Under the pieces are notes generated by a model, which was not told where the DNA came from, made no database searches, and saw only the letters and a list, made by a program, of their open reading frames with translations. Below are positions 39,851 to 49,588 of a stretch of 64,000 bases of DNA, piece after piece. This DNA is from Pseudobdellovibrionaceae bacterium. Lineage in GTDB: Bacteria; Bdellovibrionota; Bdellovibrionia; Bdellovibrionales; UBA1609. Location: assembly GCA_030591685.1 (NCBI GenBank), contig JAUVAX010000008.1, positions 1 to 64,000 of the forward strand. The letters run 5' to 3'. The first letter of the stretch is position 1, and every line of letters begins with the position of its first letter. A program made the translations under genes and the position numbers.

Positions 39851-41104
39851 CTAGGCCTTTTTTTTGCGTTTGGCTTTTCGACTTGCAGGCGCTCTTTGGG
39901 TCCCTGTTTCTTGTGGGAGAGGGTTCACTTCAATATCTTTAATTTTATGCCAAGCTTGCTCACTTTCTATAGATGTGGCCTCGCCCCAATGGCGATTACT
40001 GTTTAGGTTCGAAATCCCGCTTAAGTGAACTTTAAAATCCTCAGGGTTATTGCTTGATGCAATGGCTGTTTCTCTTGAGATAAATCTATTTCTCACTAAC
40101 CCAATAAGGCTTTGATCAAAGGTTTGCATCCCGTAAGAGTCGCGGCCCTCTGCAATGGCAAGGGGGATCTCACGAGTTCTTAGTGGGTCTTCGATCATAC
40201 TTTTTATTCGCGCACTGTTGAGCATAACTTCAACAGCTGGGATAAAACTTTTATTGTCCTCCTTGGGGATCAGCCTTTGACTAACCACAGCGTTTAAAAC
40301 AGAGGCTAATTGCAATCGGATTTGATTTTGCTGGTGAGGTTCAAAGGCCGAGAGGATTCTGTTAATGGTCTCTCCGGCATCGAGTGTGTGGAGTGTTGAG
40401 AGTACAAGGTGACCTGTCTCGGCGGCGATAATTGCGGTTTCTATGGTTTCGCGATCTCTCATTTCACCGATGAGAATAACATCTGGATCTTGGCGTAAGG
40501 CGGCTCTGAGGGCGAGGGTGTAATTAGTCGCATCCACCCCAATTTCTCTTTGGGTAATGATGCTTTTTCGGTCTTGAATTAAATATTCAATAGGGTCTTC
40601 AATAGTTAATATATGCTTGTTTTTAGTGTTATTAATATGGTTGACCATCGCAGCTAAAGTTGAAGATTTACCTGAGCCGGAAATACCCGTCACTAAAACA
40701 AGCCCCCTATTTGAAGACGCAATTTTTTCGACAATTGGGGGCAGATTCAGTTCACTGATTTTTGGCACTATGTGTGGGATATTACGAATGACGAGTCTTG
40801 AGGAGCCTCGCTGTTGAAAGATATTAAATCGAAAGCGCCCTAGCCCCGTGATGCCGAGCCCTAGGTCAATTTCCTTTTTTTTAAGGTAATCTAATTTTTG
40901 CTCCTTACTTAGCAGAGTATCTACAATGGACTCTACTTGTTCCGGAGTTATTTCATCTAAAGAGGACGAGAGTTTTTGTAAATTACCCAGTCGGCGGATG
41001 ATGGGGACAACCCCCGCCTTTAAGTGAAGATCACTAGCCCCACTTTTAAGAGAGTCTGTAATGAGCTGCAAAAGATAGGGGTGTATATTGGAGCGTTGCT
41101 TCAT
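39851..41104 (-). CDS. pilT: type IV pilus retraction ATPase PilT/PilU family
   Basis: ASDLH, GSGKSST, TIEDPIE, ALRQDPDVILIGEMRD, AETGHLVLSTLHT, GMQTFDQ. Confidence 0.92.
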   Translation of the reverse strand: MKQRSNIHPYLLQLITDSLKSGASDLHLKAGVVPIIRRLGNLQKLSSSLDEITPEQVESIVDTLLSKEQKLDYLKKKEIDLGLGITGLGRFRFNIFQQRGSSRLVIRNIPHIVPKISELNLPPIVEKIASSNRGLVLVTGISGSGKSSTLAAMVNHINNTKNKHILTIEDPIEYLIQDRKSIITQREIGVDATNYTLALRAALRQDPDVILIGEMRDRETIETAIIAAETGHLVLSTLHTLDAGETINRILSAFEPHQQNQIRLQLASVLNAVVSQRLIPKEDNKSFIPAVEVMLNSARIKSMIEDPLRTREIPLAIAEGRDSYGMQTFDQSLIGLVRNRFISRETAIASSNNPEDFKVHLSGISNLNSNRHWGEATSIESEQAWHKIKDIEVNPLPQETGTQRAPASRKAKRKKKA

Positions 41105-41391
41105 AGTGGTCCTCAGGTATTTATCGGGTGTTTATGTGTTTAAATAAAGCCTTGTTATATCAAGGGGTTTTAGGGGGGCATCCAACTTTGTGATTGAAAA
41201 ATGGGCAAAACCAAACTCAGTCAGCGCCTTTAAAATAGACATAAAATATAGGGCCCTCGAATTTGAAAAAGCTTTTTAATATTAGCGAGTTACCAAAGCT
41301 CAAGAGGGGGGCTAAATATTGTTGGGATTCCATTGCTGAACTCTTAGAATTGATATAAGCCTATAGTCCTAAAAGGGGTGATTCATTGTTG

Positions 41392-41421
41392 TTGACTTAC
41401 ACACAACTTACACAATACGGT
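41392..41421 (+). promoter_or_regulatory. putative sigma-70 promoter of pgpA-cinA-recA with overlapping 9-bp direct repeat
   Basis: TTGACT-N18-TACGGT; ACTTACACA at 41395 and 41406. Confidence 0.4.
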
Positions 41422-41456
41422 GTGAAGGTACTAAAACAACATTGTTAGGGTAAAAA

Positions 41457-41921
41457 ATGAAAACTCTTATAAACATGCTCGCCACAGTTTTTTACGTGGG
41501 CAAGCTACCTAAGGCTCCGGGTACTTTTGGTACGCTCGCGGCTTTGCCTATTTGGTGGGGGCTGTCTTGTTTAAGCCCTGTAGGGTATGTGGCTGCAGTT
41601 TTGGTTTTTTGTGTTTTTGCTATATATGTGTCTAACGTCTATGAATCAACAGCACCAACACATGATGCCTCTGAAATTGTGATCGACGAAGTGGCCGGTT
41701 TTTTAGTTGCAGTGGCTCTTTTGCCTGTAAACATTAAAGTGGCCATAGCAGGATTCGTACTATTTCGCTTTTTTGATATTTTAAAGCCACCCCCTATTAA
41801 GCAGCTCGATAAAAAAGTTAAAGGGGGCTTTGGCGTGGTTGTTGATGACCTTGTTGCGGGGCTAATGGCCAATATTTTATTGCAATTTGTTATGCAAACA
41901 AAACCTCAGTGGCTTATTTAA
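41457..41921 (+). CDS. pgpA: phosphatidylglycerophosphatase A
   Basis: APGTFGT, IVIDEVAG, FRFFDILKP, GVVVDDLVAG. Confidence 0.94.
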   Translation: MKTLINMLATVFYVGKLPKAPGTFGTLAALPIWWGLSCLSPVGYVAAVLVFCVFAIYVSNVYESTAPTHDASEIVIDEVAGFLVAVALLPVNIKVAIAGFVLFRFFDILKPPPIKQLDKKVKGGFGVVVDDLVAGLMANILLQFVMQTKPQWLI

Positions 41922-41932
41922 GGGTATAAATT

Positions 41933-42427
41933 TTGATGGACGAAGTAAAAGAAATACAAGTAACACAGGTGGTGAATGCGCTTAAAAGCCGGGGGCAAAC
42001 CCTTGCTCTTGCGGAGTCTTGCACAGGAGGCCTGCTATCGTCTTGGATTACTCGTATACCTGGAGTATCAGAGGTGTTTAAAGGGGCCGTGGTTTCTTAT
42101 GCTGGAGAGGTGAAGCAAAATATTTTAGGCGTGCCTGAAGAGCTTTTAAAACTACACGGTGAAGTGAGCCCACTTGTGGCCGAAAAAATGGCTCAAGGGG
42201 CCCGTCGGGTATTATTGTCAGACTGGTCCATAAGCATTACGGGCATTGCTGGTCCGACAGGCGGATCTGATGAGAAGCCTATTGGCACTGTATGCTTTGC
42301 CGTTGTTGGCCCGGATATTGAAAAGAGCTATAGAAACAACTTTGACCCCCGCTTGTCTCGTGAAGAAATCCAAGAGCAAGCGTCAGTTTTTGCATTAAAT
42401 TTATTATTAGAATTTTTAAAATCTTAA
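41933..42427 (+). CDS. cinA: CinA C-terminal / PncC NMN amidohydrolase
   Basis: AESCTGG, SITGIAGP.G...KPIGTV. Confidence 0.92.
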   Translation: MMDEVKEIQVTQVVNALKSRGQTLALAESCTGGLLSSWITRIPGVSEVFKGAVVSYAGEVKQNILGVPEELLKLHGEVSPLVAEKMAQGARRVLLSDWSISITGIAGPTGGSDEKPIGTVCFAVVGPDIEKSYRNNFDPRLSREEIQEQASVFALNLLLEFLKS

Positions 42428-42442
42428 AACAAGGGAGCACAC

Positions 42443-43543
42443 ATGAGACAAATAGTAACTGGCAGCAACAAAACACAAGCACTCGATTTAGCGATTGCGA
42501 ATATTGAAAAGCAATTTGGCAAAGGCTCAATTATGAGGCTTGGCGAAAACACCCCTATCGAAGCTGTGTCAGTATACAGTACAGGCTCACTGGGTTTAGA
42601 TATTGGTTTAGGTACCGGTGGTTTGCCGCAGGGGCGGATTGTTGAAATTTACGGGCCTGAGGGTTCGGGTAAAACAACATTGGCTTTATCGACTATTGCA
42701 CAAGCTCAAAAATCAGGGGCCACTGTAGCTTTTGTAGATGCCGAGCATGCCTTAGACATTGCCTACGCACGAAGATTAGGGGCCAATACTGAGGATATGT
42801 TGGTTTCGCAACCCGACACTGGTGAGCAGGCCTTAGAGATTGTTGAAACTTTAGTACGATCAGCGGCAGTGAATGTGATTGTTATTGATTCTGTTGCAGC
42901 CCTAACACCAAGAGCAGAAATCGAAGGGGACATGGGAGATAGCCATATGGGTTTACAGGCCCGGTTAATGTCTCAGGCTTTACGAAAACTAACAGCAATT
43001 ATTAACCGTAGTAATACTCTCGTTATTTTTATCAACCAAATTAGAATGAAAATTGGCGTGATGTTTGGTAATCCCGAAACAACAACGGGCGGTAATGCTT
43101 TAAAGTTTTACTCGTCAGTTCGGTTAGATGTAAGGCGTATTGGTGCCATAAAAAATGGCGAAGAAATAGTGGGCAATAGAACCACAGTGAAGGTTGTTAA
43201 AAACAAATTAGCCCCTCCGTTTCAAAAAATTGAGTTTGACCTTATGTATGGCGAAGGTATTTCACAAGAGGGCGAGCTACTTGATCTTTGTGTAAAAAAA
43301 GATCTAGTTGAAAAGTCAGGGGCTTGGTACTCGATCAACGGTGAAAGAATGGGTCAAGGGCGCGATAATGCCAAAAAGTGGCTTAAAGAAAACCCAGAGG
43401 TCTTTAGTTCTTTAAGAACCAAAGTACTCACCTCCTATGGTATTCTTAAAGAAAAGGCCGCGCCCTCAAAGGATGCTCCAGCTAAAGAGAGCCCAAAGGT
43501 CACTTTAGAAAAAGCCACAAAGGGCAAAGTTAAAAAGCAGTAA
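42443..43543 (+). CDS. recA: recombinase A
   Basis: [43 protein letters not shown]. Confidence 0.99.
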   Translation: MRQIVTGSNKTQALDLAIANIEKQFGKGSIMRLGENTPIEAVSVYSTGSLGLDIGLGTGGLPQGRIVEIYGPEGSGKTTLALSTIAQAQKSGATVAFVDAEHALDIAYARRLGANTEDMLVSQPDTGEQALEIVETLVRSAAVNVIVIDSVAALTPRAEIEGDMGDSHMGLQARLMSQALRKLTAIINRSNTLVIFINQIRMKIGVMFGNPETTTGGNALKFYSSVRLDVRRIGAIKNGEEIVGNRTTVKVVKNKLAPPFQKIEFDLMYGEGISQEGELLDLCVKKDLVEKSGAWYSINGERMGQGRDNAKKWLKENPEVFSSLRTKVLTSYGILKEKAAPSKDAPAKESPKVTLEKATKGKVKKQ

Positions 43544-43577
43544 AGAAGACTTCACTTTAAATTTAAGTAAGTATAAT

Positions 43578-43609
43578 AGGCCGAAAGTTAATTGCTTTCG
43601 GCCTTTTTT
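43578..43609 (+). terminator. intrinsic terminator of recA
   Basis: AGGCCGAAAG-N7-CTTTCGGCCT followed by T tract. Confidence 0.9.
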
Positions 43610-43815
43610 ATATGGATCTAAGGGCAAGATAAGTTTTACATGAGTTGGGGCAAGTCTAGTGTGCATTTTTAACAGTATTACAGAGTGGTCAGATTTTGCG
43701 TTACGGGGCACCTTTCTATTGATATACCCAATAAAGATAGGGGTATATAAAAGGACAGACAAATAGTAAGTAAGGCTTGAAGCAAGCATAATTAGTAAAT
43801 GCACAGGAGTTTAGA

Positions 43816-44307
43816 GTGAAAAAAATATTAGTTGGATTAGTAATTTTATCTTCAGTAGCTGTTTTTGCAAGTGTAGACCTTAAGGATATTAGAGTTATTC
43901 GATATTCAGATCTAACCTCACAGGAGGCACAAAAATACTGCAAGTCTCAATCAAATTACGACTCAAGTATATGCCTAATGACAAGATATGGTGCGCAAGA
44001 GTACTGTGAAAAAAGAGGGTTAAGGCTTCCATCGGTCGTGGATTTCGCAATTATGACAAAAGCGTATGGTGCTTATGTCGGTGCTGAGGACTGCGGAGTG
44101 AGCAGAACTTGCCAAATGATTACCCCAGTTAACGAAAGAGGTTTTTATTATAACAGCATCGGGGCAGATATAAGGGGGCTTTTGCCAGGCTACTGGTTTC
44201 ATACTTCTTCTCGGCGAGAAGGGGGGGGGAGTTTTCAATTTGGCTCTCATTCTGGGTTCATGGCGTCTTCTTCAGACAAAAACCCAGGAAACGTAGCGTG
44301 TATTTAG
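43816..44307 (+). CDS. secreted Cys-rich protein, C-type-lectin/FGE-like fold suspected
   Basis: Sec signal; AQEYC...GLRLPS..D, YWF.TSS, terminal VAC pattern; SD AGGAG. Confidence 0.7.
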   Translation: MKKILVGLVILSSVAVFASVDLKDIRVIRYSDLTSQEAQKYCKSQSNYDSSICLMTRYGAQEYCEKRGLRLPSVVDFAIMTKAYGAYVGAEDCGVSRTCQMITPVNERGFYYNSIGADIRGLLPGYWFHTSSRREGGGSFQFGSHSGFMASSSDKNPGNVACI

Positions 44308-44611
44308 ACTTAGTTAAAGCAAAATCCTGGTGCGTGTTGCTTCATATCACAACTCGCCAATGGAACGACAATAGGCCTTGGGCCCCGGCTAATATTTAAG
44401 AGCAGAGTCCTAAGGTACGTAATTCAGGTAGTTTAGCAACGTTACTGTGGAATTATTTTAGACAGAATCTAGTGATTATTTTAATTCAGGAAAAACTATT
44501 CGTTCTTAAGTAACCCTATGTGTTGTGAATGTTAACATTATATAAAAAGACAAATAAAAAGTGAATAAGTAGTCCACGAAAAACATTACTTAAATAAATA
44601 GGGGAATACTT

Positions 44612-44989
44612 ATGAAAAAATTATTAATAGGATTAACACTTTTAGCTTCAATGTCGTCATTTGCTGCGGAAAAGCTTGAAGTAACAGTGAAAATGTTAAA
44701 AAGTAAAAAAGAAATGACGTGTCTAATTGATTTTGAAACTCTAGATATAAGCAGTGAGTTAGGAGCTACAGGGTACTATTTAGATGCAGGGATAGCCTCA
44801 GGAGTTCTAAAAGTAACAAATGCCAAAACAGAAAACATTATGGCCCTCGCTGAACCGGTGTATCCAGTCAGATTAGTATTAGGTAGTGCTAGAAGTGTCG
44901 ATGAAAACTCTGTTGAAATTATGGTTATTGAAAAAACTGATTCTAATGCTGAAAAATGTTCAGGATACAATCACTTCAAAAGCCTCTAG
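44612..44989 (+). CDS. small secreted hypothetical protein
   Basis: MKKLLIGLTLLASMSSFA signal; SD GGGG; one Cys pair. Confidence 0.75.
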   Translation: MKKLLIGLTLLASMSSFAAEKLEVTVKMLKSKKEMTCLIDFETLDISSELGATGYYLDAGIASGVLKVTNAKTENIMALAEPVYPVRLVLGSARSVDENSVEIMVIEKTDSNAEKCSGYNHFKSL

Positions 44990-44994
44990 ATTAA

Positions 44995-45032
44995 AAAACA
45001 CCTCCGAGCTATTAAGTGCTATGGGGTGTTTT
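44995..45032 (+). terminator. probable terminator
   Basis: AAAACACCTC...GGGGTGTTTT stem just after stop. Confidence 0.55.
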
Positions 45033-45487
45033 ACTCTGAAATTGAAAACCTTGATACATCTGTAATTAAAGCCTACGAGGACCTCTTTAATATAGAGGCG
45101 ACTCTTCTGGATCAATATTTTAGTCCGGGCAAATACTTTCATGGCCATCATAATCCATGTAAGCACAAAAAGAGGCATTAATATTAAGTAAAAGGGTCAG
45201 GTATAAAACCAGGATTGATCAGAGGGCCCAACAGTCTCAAGTGTTCTCTCAGGGGCTGGCCACCGGCTTGAGGTATTCTAAATAGTTAATAATATAATTA
45301 TGAACTGAGTAAAAAGCGCCAAATTTAAAGGTAGAGGTGTAGAGGCTTTTGATAAACTTTTCTTTGTCTTCACGCGCTAAATAGTATCAAAATTACAATT
45401 GTACTTGAATAGGGTTAATCGTTTGCTAACAACGGGGTCAAAGATTAAATCTTTAATATAATAATTAAATTATGTATGGAGGTAATA

Positions 45488-46204
45488 ATGAGGTCATCGG
45501 TAATAGTTTTGATGTTTATATTTAGTTTATCAGTAAGTGCCAGTGATGTACTTGAGGGTATTTGGGACATGGACACTCGCGAAAACTCTTCAGCGGGTAT
45601 TTTAACCGTTGATTTTACTGGTGAATTTACGTTATTTATGCCAGGTAAACTCACCGCCGCTGACTGCGATATATACTCTTTAGGCCCTGAATTGCTAGAA
45701 GAGAGATTTTCGTACAAGATGTCACACTTTTTAGCCTGCAACCAGTCAGATGATTATAATTTAATTTTTATGGGACTTGATAATAAAGACTCTGAAATGG
45801 GTTTTAACTTTGTTAATCGAGTTAAAAAATCAAAATTTAATGAAACTAAAAACGAGGGCTTAAAAGTGGGGACTCATACTTTTCTCGAAGGCGAGAACCA
45901 TGTTGAGTACACTTTAGATAAAGAGGGGTATTTATCTTTATTTGTTAAGTCTAAAGGTGAAATCAGAACGGTAATGAGCTGTAACCCTCAAAAAATAAAG
46001 CGTCAGAACCCAAAAAATGCAAAGCGAATTTCGTTTGATAAATTGTTATTTTGCAAAGTGAGTCACATTAATTCTGGATACTTAAATGTTGAGCATAGTG
46101 TTTCTGTATTAAAAAGCATTAAGCCTAAAGAGTTTTCACTTAACCCAATTACGGCGCTAAGTGAAGAGACAGTCCCTGAGGCTTACGCAAAGAAATTAAA
46201 ATAA
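45488..46204 (+). CDS. secreted hypothetical protein with possible internal duplication
   Basis: SD GGAGG before ATG 45488; signal ending VSA. Confidence 0.72.
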   Translation: MRSSVIVLMFIFSLSVSASDVLEGIWDMDTRENSSAGILTVDFTGEFTLFMPGKLTAADCDIYSLGPELLEERFSYKMSHFLACNQSDDYNLIFMGLDNKDSEMGFNFVNRVKKSKFNETKNEGLKVGTHTFLEGENHVEYTLDKEGYLSLFVKSKGEIRTVMSCNPQKIKRQNPKNAKRISFDKLLFCKVSHINSGYLNVEHSVSVLKSIKPKEFSLNPITALSEETVPEAYAKKLK

Positions 46205-46251
46205 AATTCTTTTTTTAAAAATCTTAATTTAAAATTTTATAGCAGAGCTGT

Positions 46252-47403
46252 TTATAAAAGAGCCTTTTGTAGCTCTTTTATAAACAGGCTTTGAAGATCT
46301 TTTTCGACAACCCAATGGGCAGCCAGTGGTGTTGAAAAAAAGCTATTAAATTTTAAAGTGACTTTTTCCTGAAGGCCTTTAATGAATTCAGGGTTTTCAG
46401 AGTTCATTACAAGGCTCACTGTGGAAAGGGGTGTGGATTTAACCACCTGAGGGCCTGAGAGAAAGTGATTTTTAAACGGCTCTGAGGGCTCATCATTTGT
46501 TTTTATATAAACCAAACTATCATCAGAATAAATAATATTTTTTTTAAGCGTTATTTGCTTTTCAGTGGGCAGACCCTTAACCCATGAATCAACATCAGTG
46601 TTTAATTGCACACAAAAAATATCTTCAAACCCTGTGAGTGCCGCAAGTGGTTTATCGGGGGCCTCTAGCGACACTTGAGTGAGGGGTAGCTGAGTATTAA
46701 TGCAATGGCCGATAGTAAAATTAATTTGTTTTTTGAGGGCATAAGCAACACATCGAGGATGTAATATTTTTGAACCCCAAAGGCATAAGTTATATAAAAA
46801 CTGATGAGACAGAGTCGGTATATGCTTAGCGCTTGATATAGCATTGGGGTCAGAGGTAAATACCCCCTGAACATCTTTCAAAAATAAACACTCATTAGCG
46901 TCAAAGTAATGGGCAAAGGCCATGGCTGTTATGTCACTGCCACCACGACCAAGAGTGGTGATTTCTTTTGTAGAGGGATCGACACCCTGAAACCCTGCGA
47001 TAATAACAACCTTACCCTGACCTAACGCTTCTTCAACCCTTATGGGTTTGAGCTCTAAGATTTCGGCATCATTATGGTTTGGAGTGGTTAAGATCCCGGC
47101 CTGTGAGCCTGTGAAGCTAATGGCATCGACCCCTAGGTCATGTAGAGCCATGCTGAGCAGCGAGATGCTAATGCGCTCACCTGTGCTTATGAGCATGTCG
47201 AGCTCGCGGGGACTTGGTTTGTCAGAAACCTTAAAGGCTAAATCAACAAGTGTATTTGTTGTTGTGCCCATGGCGCTGACAATAACAATAACTTTTTTGT
47301 CTAAGCTACGAATGTCTTTCACTCGTTGAGCGGCGGCCTTTATTAAATCGGGGGTTTCAAGGCTAGAGCCACCAAATTTTAAAACAGATATTTTTTGATG
47401 CAT
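46252..47403 (-). CDS. aspartate kinase
   Basis: KFGGSS, VSAMG, STGE, TTLGRGGSD, DVQGVFTSDP; C-terminal ACT region diverged. Confidence 0.92.
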   Translation of the reverse strand: MHQKISVLKFGGSSLETPDLIKAAAQRVKDIRSLDKKVIVIVSAMGTTTNTLVDLAFKVSDKPSPRELDMLISTGERISISLLSMALHDLGVDAISFTGSQAGILTTPNHNDAEILELKPIRVEEALGQGKVVIIAGFQGVDPSTKEITTLGRGGSDITAMAFAHYFDANECLFLKDVQGVFTSDPNAISSAKHIPTLSHQFLYNLCLWGSKILHPRCVAYALKKQINFTIGHCINTQLPLTQVSLEAPDKPLAALTGFEDIFCVQLNTDVDSWVKGLPTEKQITLKKNIIYSDDSLVYIKTNDEPSEPFKNHFLSGPQVVKSTPLSTVSLVMNSENPEFIKGLQEKVTLKFNSFFSTPLAAHWVVEKDLQSLFIKELQKALL

Positions 47404-47457
47404 AAATTATATTTAATAACATACTTCAACTTTTAGTAGGTCCTATGCGTTGAAGGA

Positions 47458-48378
47458 TTATAGGTTTTTAGCCTGTTTTTGTGTGAAATTTTTAGAGAGG
47501 AGCCTTCTAATAAAACGAGAGGCGTTAGGGGCGTGCCCTTTAGGTATGCGTATCCAGTAACCAGATATTTTTTGAGGCACGAGGTTATATTTGAGTGCTG
47601 GGTTTAATCTTTTAAAATATTTTTTAGAAAACCCCATAAAGCGTGACAATAGGTTTAAATCCGTGCCTCCGGGGGCAAAAAAATACTCATATTTATAGGG
47701 GCGTTTAGGCTTTAAGTTTTTAAAACCATAAAGCTTAGGAGCCTTTGCGATCATTATAGTCGCCAGAAGTTTGGGTATGTATTCACGGGTTTCCTTTGGA
47801 AAGCCCCTTTTTTTAGAGAGGACCCAAAAGTTTTTAGTTTTATATTTTTTGATTAATCGCTGCAGACGGTTTTCACCCATATTATAGGCGGCTGCGGTGA
47901 GGTACCAAGAGTCAAATATTTTGTAAAGTGTTGAGAGATACCTTGAGGCCGCATCTGTACTTTTAAAGAAATCATGTCGCTCATCAATCCACCAATCTTT
48001 TTTTAAACCAAAGCGCTCTCCGGTACTGCTAATAAACTGCCAGTACCCAACGGCATTAGCGTGGCTTACAGCCTTAGAGTTTAAACCGCTTTCTATAATT
48101 GAAATATAAGCAAGGTCCTGTGGGAGACCCCGTTGTTTTAAAATAGCTCTCATTTGTGGCAAATATCTATAAGAGCGATTGAGCCAAATCCTGAATCCAT
48201 ATTTTCGGGGGCCTTGAAATTGTTTAATCCAGTACTGTACTTTTTTATTATAGGTAACGGGAAGATCAAAATAGGGGTTCTGATTAACGGGGGTGTACTG
48301 CTTCCATTGAGCTTTAACTGCCGAGTGCGTTGTTAGGGGTAAAAATAGTAATAGGGCAATAAACACAGTTCGTGACAT
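47458..48378 (-). CDS. lytic transglycosylase (MltD-like SLT domain), secreted
   Basis: IIESG...AVGYWQF, AAYNMGE, ETREYIPK; probable start ATG 48378 with signal peptide. Confidence 0.9.
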   Translation of the reverse strand: MSRTVFIALLLFLPLTTHSAVKAQWKQYTPVNQNPYFDLPVTYNKKVQYWIKQFQGPRKYGFRIWLNRSYRYLPQMRAILKQRGLPQDLAYISIIESGLNSKAVSHANAVGYWQFISSTGERFGLKKDWWIDERHDFFKSTDAASRYLSTLYKIFDSWYLTAAAYNMGENRLQRLIKKYKTKNFWVLSKKRGFPKETREYIPKLLATIMIAKAPKLYGFKNLKPKRPYKYEYFFAPGGTDLNLLSRFMGFSKKYFKRLNPALKYNLVPQKISGYWIRIPKGHAPNASRFIRRLLSKNFTQKQAKNL

Positions 48379-48543
48379 AAATTTAATTATGTCGTTTAAA
48401 GTTAAAAAGCTCAATAGCATTTGGAGTGAATATTTATGCTCTGTGTTCGGACTAACGTCTAAGAGAAAGCATTAACCGTACGTATAAATAAGTTTAGGTT
48501 TATTAAAAACACCAGAAGTATCGTCAAAATATATTTTATCTAT

Positions 48544-48557
48544 GTCAAAACTCTGAC
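48544..48557. promoter_or_regulatory. putative enhancer (FleQ-box-like palindrome)
   Basis: GTCA-AAACTC-TGAC about 150 bp upstream of sigma-54 promoter. Confidence 0.4.
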
Positions 48558-48709
48558 TTAAATATGAATTTATGGGACGAAAGTCAGCTAAGTACAGCAG
48601 GAAGGGCGGCCCTTAACTGCGTTTCGGAAGTTAACAGGAGCCTCTTAAGGCTAGTTTATACTAAAGCTTCAGGGCCTTTAGTCTTGAAAACCACAAAACA
48701 TACAGTCAT

Positions 48710-48725
48710 TGGCATAGCCCTTGCT
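48710..48725 (+). promoter_or_regulatory. sigma-54 promoter of flgF operon
   Basis: TGGCAT-AGCCC-TTGCT matches -24/-12 consensus. Confidence 0.85.
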
Positions 48726-48764
48726 CATTAAGTAGTTGGAAAACCTTTAAAGCCTGGATGGTTT

Positions 48765-49577
48765 ATGAGTAACAAGGGTATTTATACAGCATTAAGTGGC
48801 GCGATGGCACAGGCTCAGCGTCTGGATACTATTGCTAACAACATTGCTAACGTAAATACCACGGGTTTTAAAAAAGACAAGCAAACATTTTATGAGTACT
48901 TAACGGCTAATGAGAAACCACCAGATGTTATTCAGGTCCCTAGAATCCCAGCAAGTATAGAGAGCTTTTACGATATGCAAGGGGGGGACCGTGGGTTTGT
49001 TGATACGGCAGGGACGTACACCGATTTTTCTCAAGGGCAACTGAAGCAAACAGGGGGCAAGTTAGATATTGCTATTTCAGGTAAGGGTTTGTTTGAAGTT
49101 CTGACCCCTCAGGGTATTAGGTATACTAGAAACGGAAAGTTTCAACTAGATTCACAAGGTCGATTGGCGACAAAACAAGGGTATCCAGTTCTTAAAGAGG
49201 GCCTCGGGCAACCCGCCACGGCTCGCTTTATACAAATATCATCAGGTAACATAGCGGTTTCTGAGGATGGAAATATTTATGAAAATAATGAGCCTCTGGC
49301 AAAACTTTCAATTATAGAGGCACAAAATAAAGATGCGATCGGTAAAATTGGCCAGTCACTTTTTATGGAGAAGCCAAACATGCAGGCCGGTATTATTGCT
49401 TCTCAAGAGTCAAAGACTCATCAAGGGTTCATAGAGTCCTCCAATGTAAATGTAATCAAAGAAATGACAGAGATGATTCAAGCCACCAGAACCTTTGAGA
49501 GCACTCAAAAGGCCATTCAGGCTTTTGATATGATTAATGAAAAACTTGTAACTCAAATACCAAAACTTAATTTTTAG
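48765..49577 (+). CDS. flgF: flagellar basal-body rod protein FlgF
   Basis: ANNIANVNTTGFK, YTRNG, ESSNVN; precedes flgG. Confidence 0.9.
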   Translation: MSNKGIYTALSGAMAQAQRLDTIANNIANVNTTGFKKDKQTFYEYLTANEKPPDVIQVPRIPASIESFYDMQGGDRGFVDTAGTYTDFSQGQLKQTGGKLDIAISGKGLFEVLTPQGIRYTRNGKFQLDSQGRLATKQGYPVLKEGLGQPATARFIQISSGNIAVSEDGNIYENNEPLAKLSIIEAQNKDAIGKIGQSLFMEKPNMQAGIIASQESKTHQGFIESSNVNVIKEMTEMIQATRTFESTQKAIQAFDMINEKLVTQIPKLNF

Positions 49578-49588
49578 GGGATAGATAG

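Noticed and set aside
41105..41150. Sigma-28 promoter for pilT (CCGATAA on minus strand), and a similar GTCGAAAA before the PilZ gene
   Set aside because: The -10 elements are plausible but no well-spaced -35 was found; too weak to call.
41340..42442. Palindromic LexA box upstream of recA
   Set aside because: No convincing palindrome seen; only a direct repeat, reported separately.
43816..44420. Diversity-generating retroelement targeting the CLec-like protein
   Set aside because: No reverse transcriptase and no template repeat differing at adenines was found in the window.
44960..45290. 72-aa minus-strand ORF or pseudogene remnant
   Set aside because: No SD, overlaps a terminator, other frames have multiple stops, and no family is recognisable.
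43610..46250. Integron cassette array
   Set aside because: No integrase and no recurrent attC-like (RYYYAAC...GTTRRRY) sites; genes have their own leaders.
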